A stretch of DNA of 64,000 nt, from contig NC_043003.1 of assembly GCF_006345805.1 (NCBI RefSeq), positions 46,934,001 through 46,998,000 on the forward strand. The letters run 5' to 3'. Shown here piece by piece: positions 63,240 through 64,000 of this stretch (within the stretch, counting starts at the first letter, position 1; each line of letters starts with the position of its first letter). Both the position numbers and the translations under genes were made by a program. The stretch comes from Octopus sinensis. Its lineage: Eukaryota. The notes beneath the pieces are model-generated. The model was not told the origin of the DNA and made no database searches. It saw nothing but the letters and a program-made list of their open reading frames with translations.

Positions 63240-63410
63240 TCTCGAAATACGAGAGTAGAAAAACAGCCAACAACTGATGAAGGGTCGTTCTTTGTGTTGT
63301 TCGTCTTGTTTTCCATTTGTGTCTTTCGTTGTTCGAAAATATAGTTCATATTCCATGTACTCGTACTTCGTACTTTTGTTGTACACGTTTCGTGACATCC
63401 TGTGCCCATA
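63236..63410 (+). mobile_element. pLTR-type remnant within (TA)n
   Basis: GAGTAGA..AAACAG..ACAACTGATGAAGGG..TTCTTT.TGTTGT homologous to the minus strand of 12472-13075. Confidence 0.5.
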
Positions 63411-63414
63411 TATG

Positions 63415-63456
<42 letters not shown>

Positions 63457-63577
63457 CGTATAGATGTATGTACGTATGTATGTATGTATGTATGTACATA
63501 TACGTATGTATATATGTACATATACGTATGTATATATGTATATATGCATATATATATATATATGTATTATTTATATT

Positions 63578-63656
<79 letters not shown>

Positions 63657-64000
63657 CATATATATGCTGGCACATAAGATTTAAGCTAGCTCCTGTGGAG
63701 AGCTCTTCATTCGGCCTTGGGCCCAACAATGACACTTCATGCATTGAGTACATATTAAATTTTATTAAACTTGACCAATATTTTTCAAGCAATGAACAAT
63801 TTTCATCAAAACAATGATATCATTTCTCGACTTGGAACTTACTGCAAAGCTGTATGATAAACAACATTGCTTGTTTCCATTCCCTACCCTTGAACAACCA
63901 ACATATAGGTGGTCGTAGGCAACAATAAACTTACCTTTAAAAAGTTCAACGATAATTCTTCTGCCGCCACTTAATTTTAAAGCAATTTGACGTACGTACG

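Overview
Repeat-saturated, AT-rich eukaryotic DNA, most likely intronic or intergenic sequence from an octopod cephalopod (inferred from the SINE repertoire and microsatellite density). It is not prokaryotic, and I found no CRISPR array, rRNA or true tRNA gene. Almost all ORFs in the supplied track are translated microsatellites. Real coding sequence is transposon-derived: a 5'-truncated R4/Dong-like RT+RLE LINE (55310-57659, minus) with three shorter relatives, an RTE/BovB-like 3' fragment (30242-30800), and five decayed Tc1/mariner pieces. The window also holds at least four tRNA-headed SINE families (my labels A-D), an (AAT)n-associated retroposon (E), a Helitron, several MITEs and fold-backs. 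The most interesting signals are four. (1) Type-I hammerhead ribozyme folds at 30043-30099 (+), 31097-31143 (-) and, near-canonical, inside a 312-bp unit present twice (12597-12908, 22780-23091), plus decayed relics; this points to Penelope-like/retrozyme activity. (2) An identical 184-bp SINE-A module added at the same internal site of SINE-A copies at three loci, one with its empty-site paralogue next door. (3) A Dong-LINE/element-E partnership, including a direct chimera. (4) Modular shuffling among SINEs. One possible host coding exon (40985-41066) is weakly supported. All alignments and folds were done by eye, so coordinates of old repeats are approximate. Family names come from recalled consensus features and need database confirmation.
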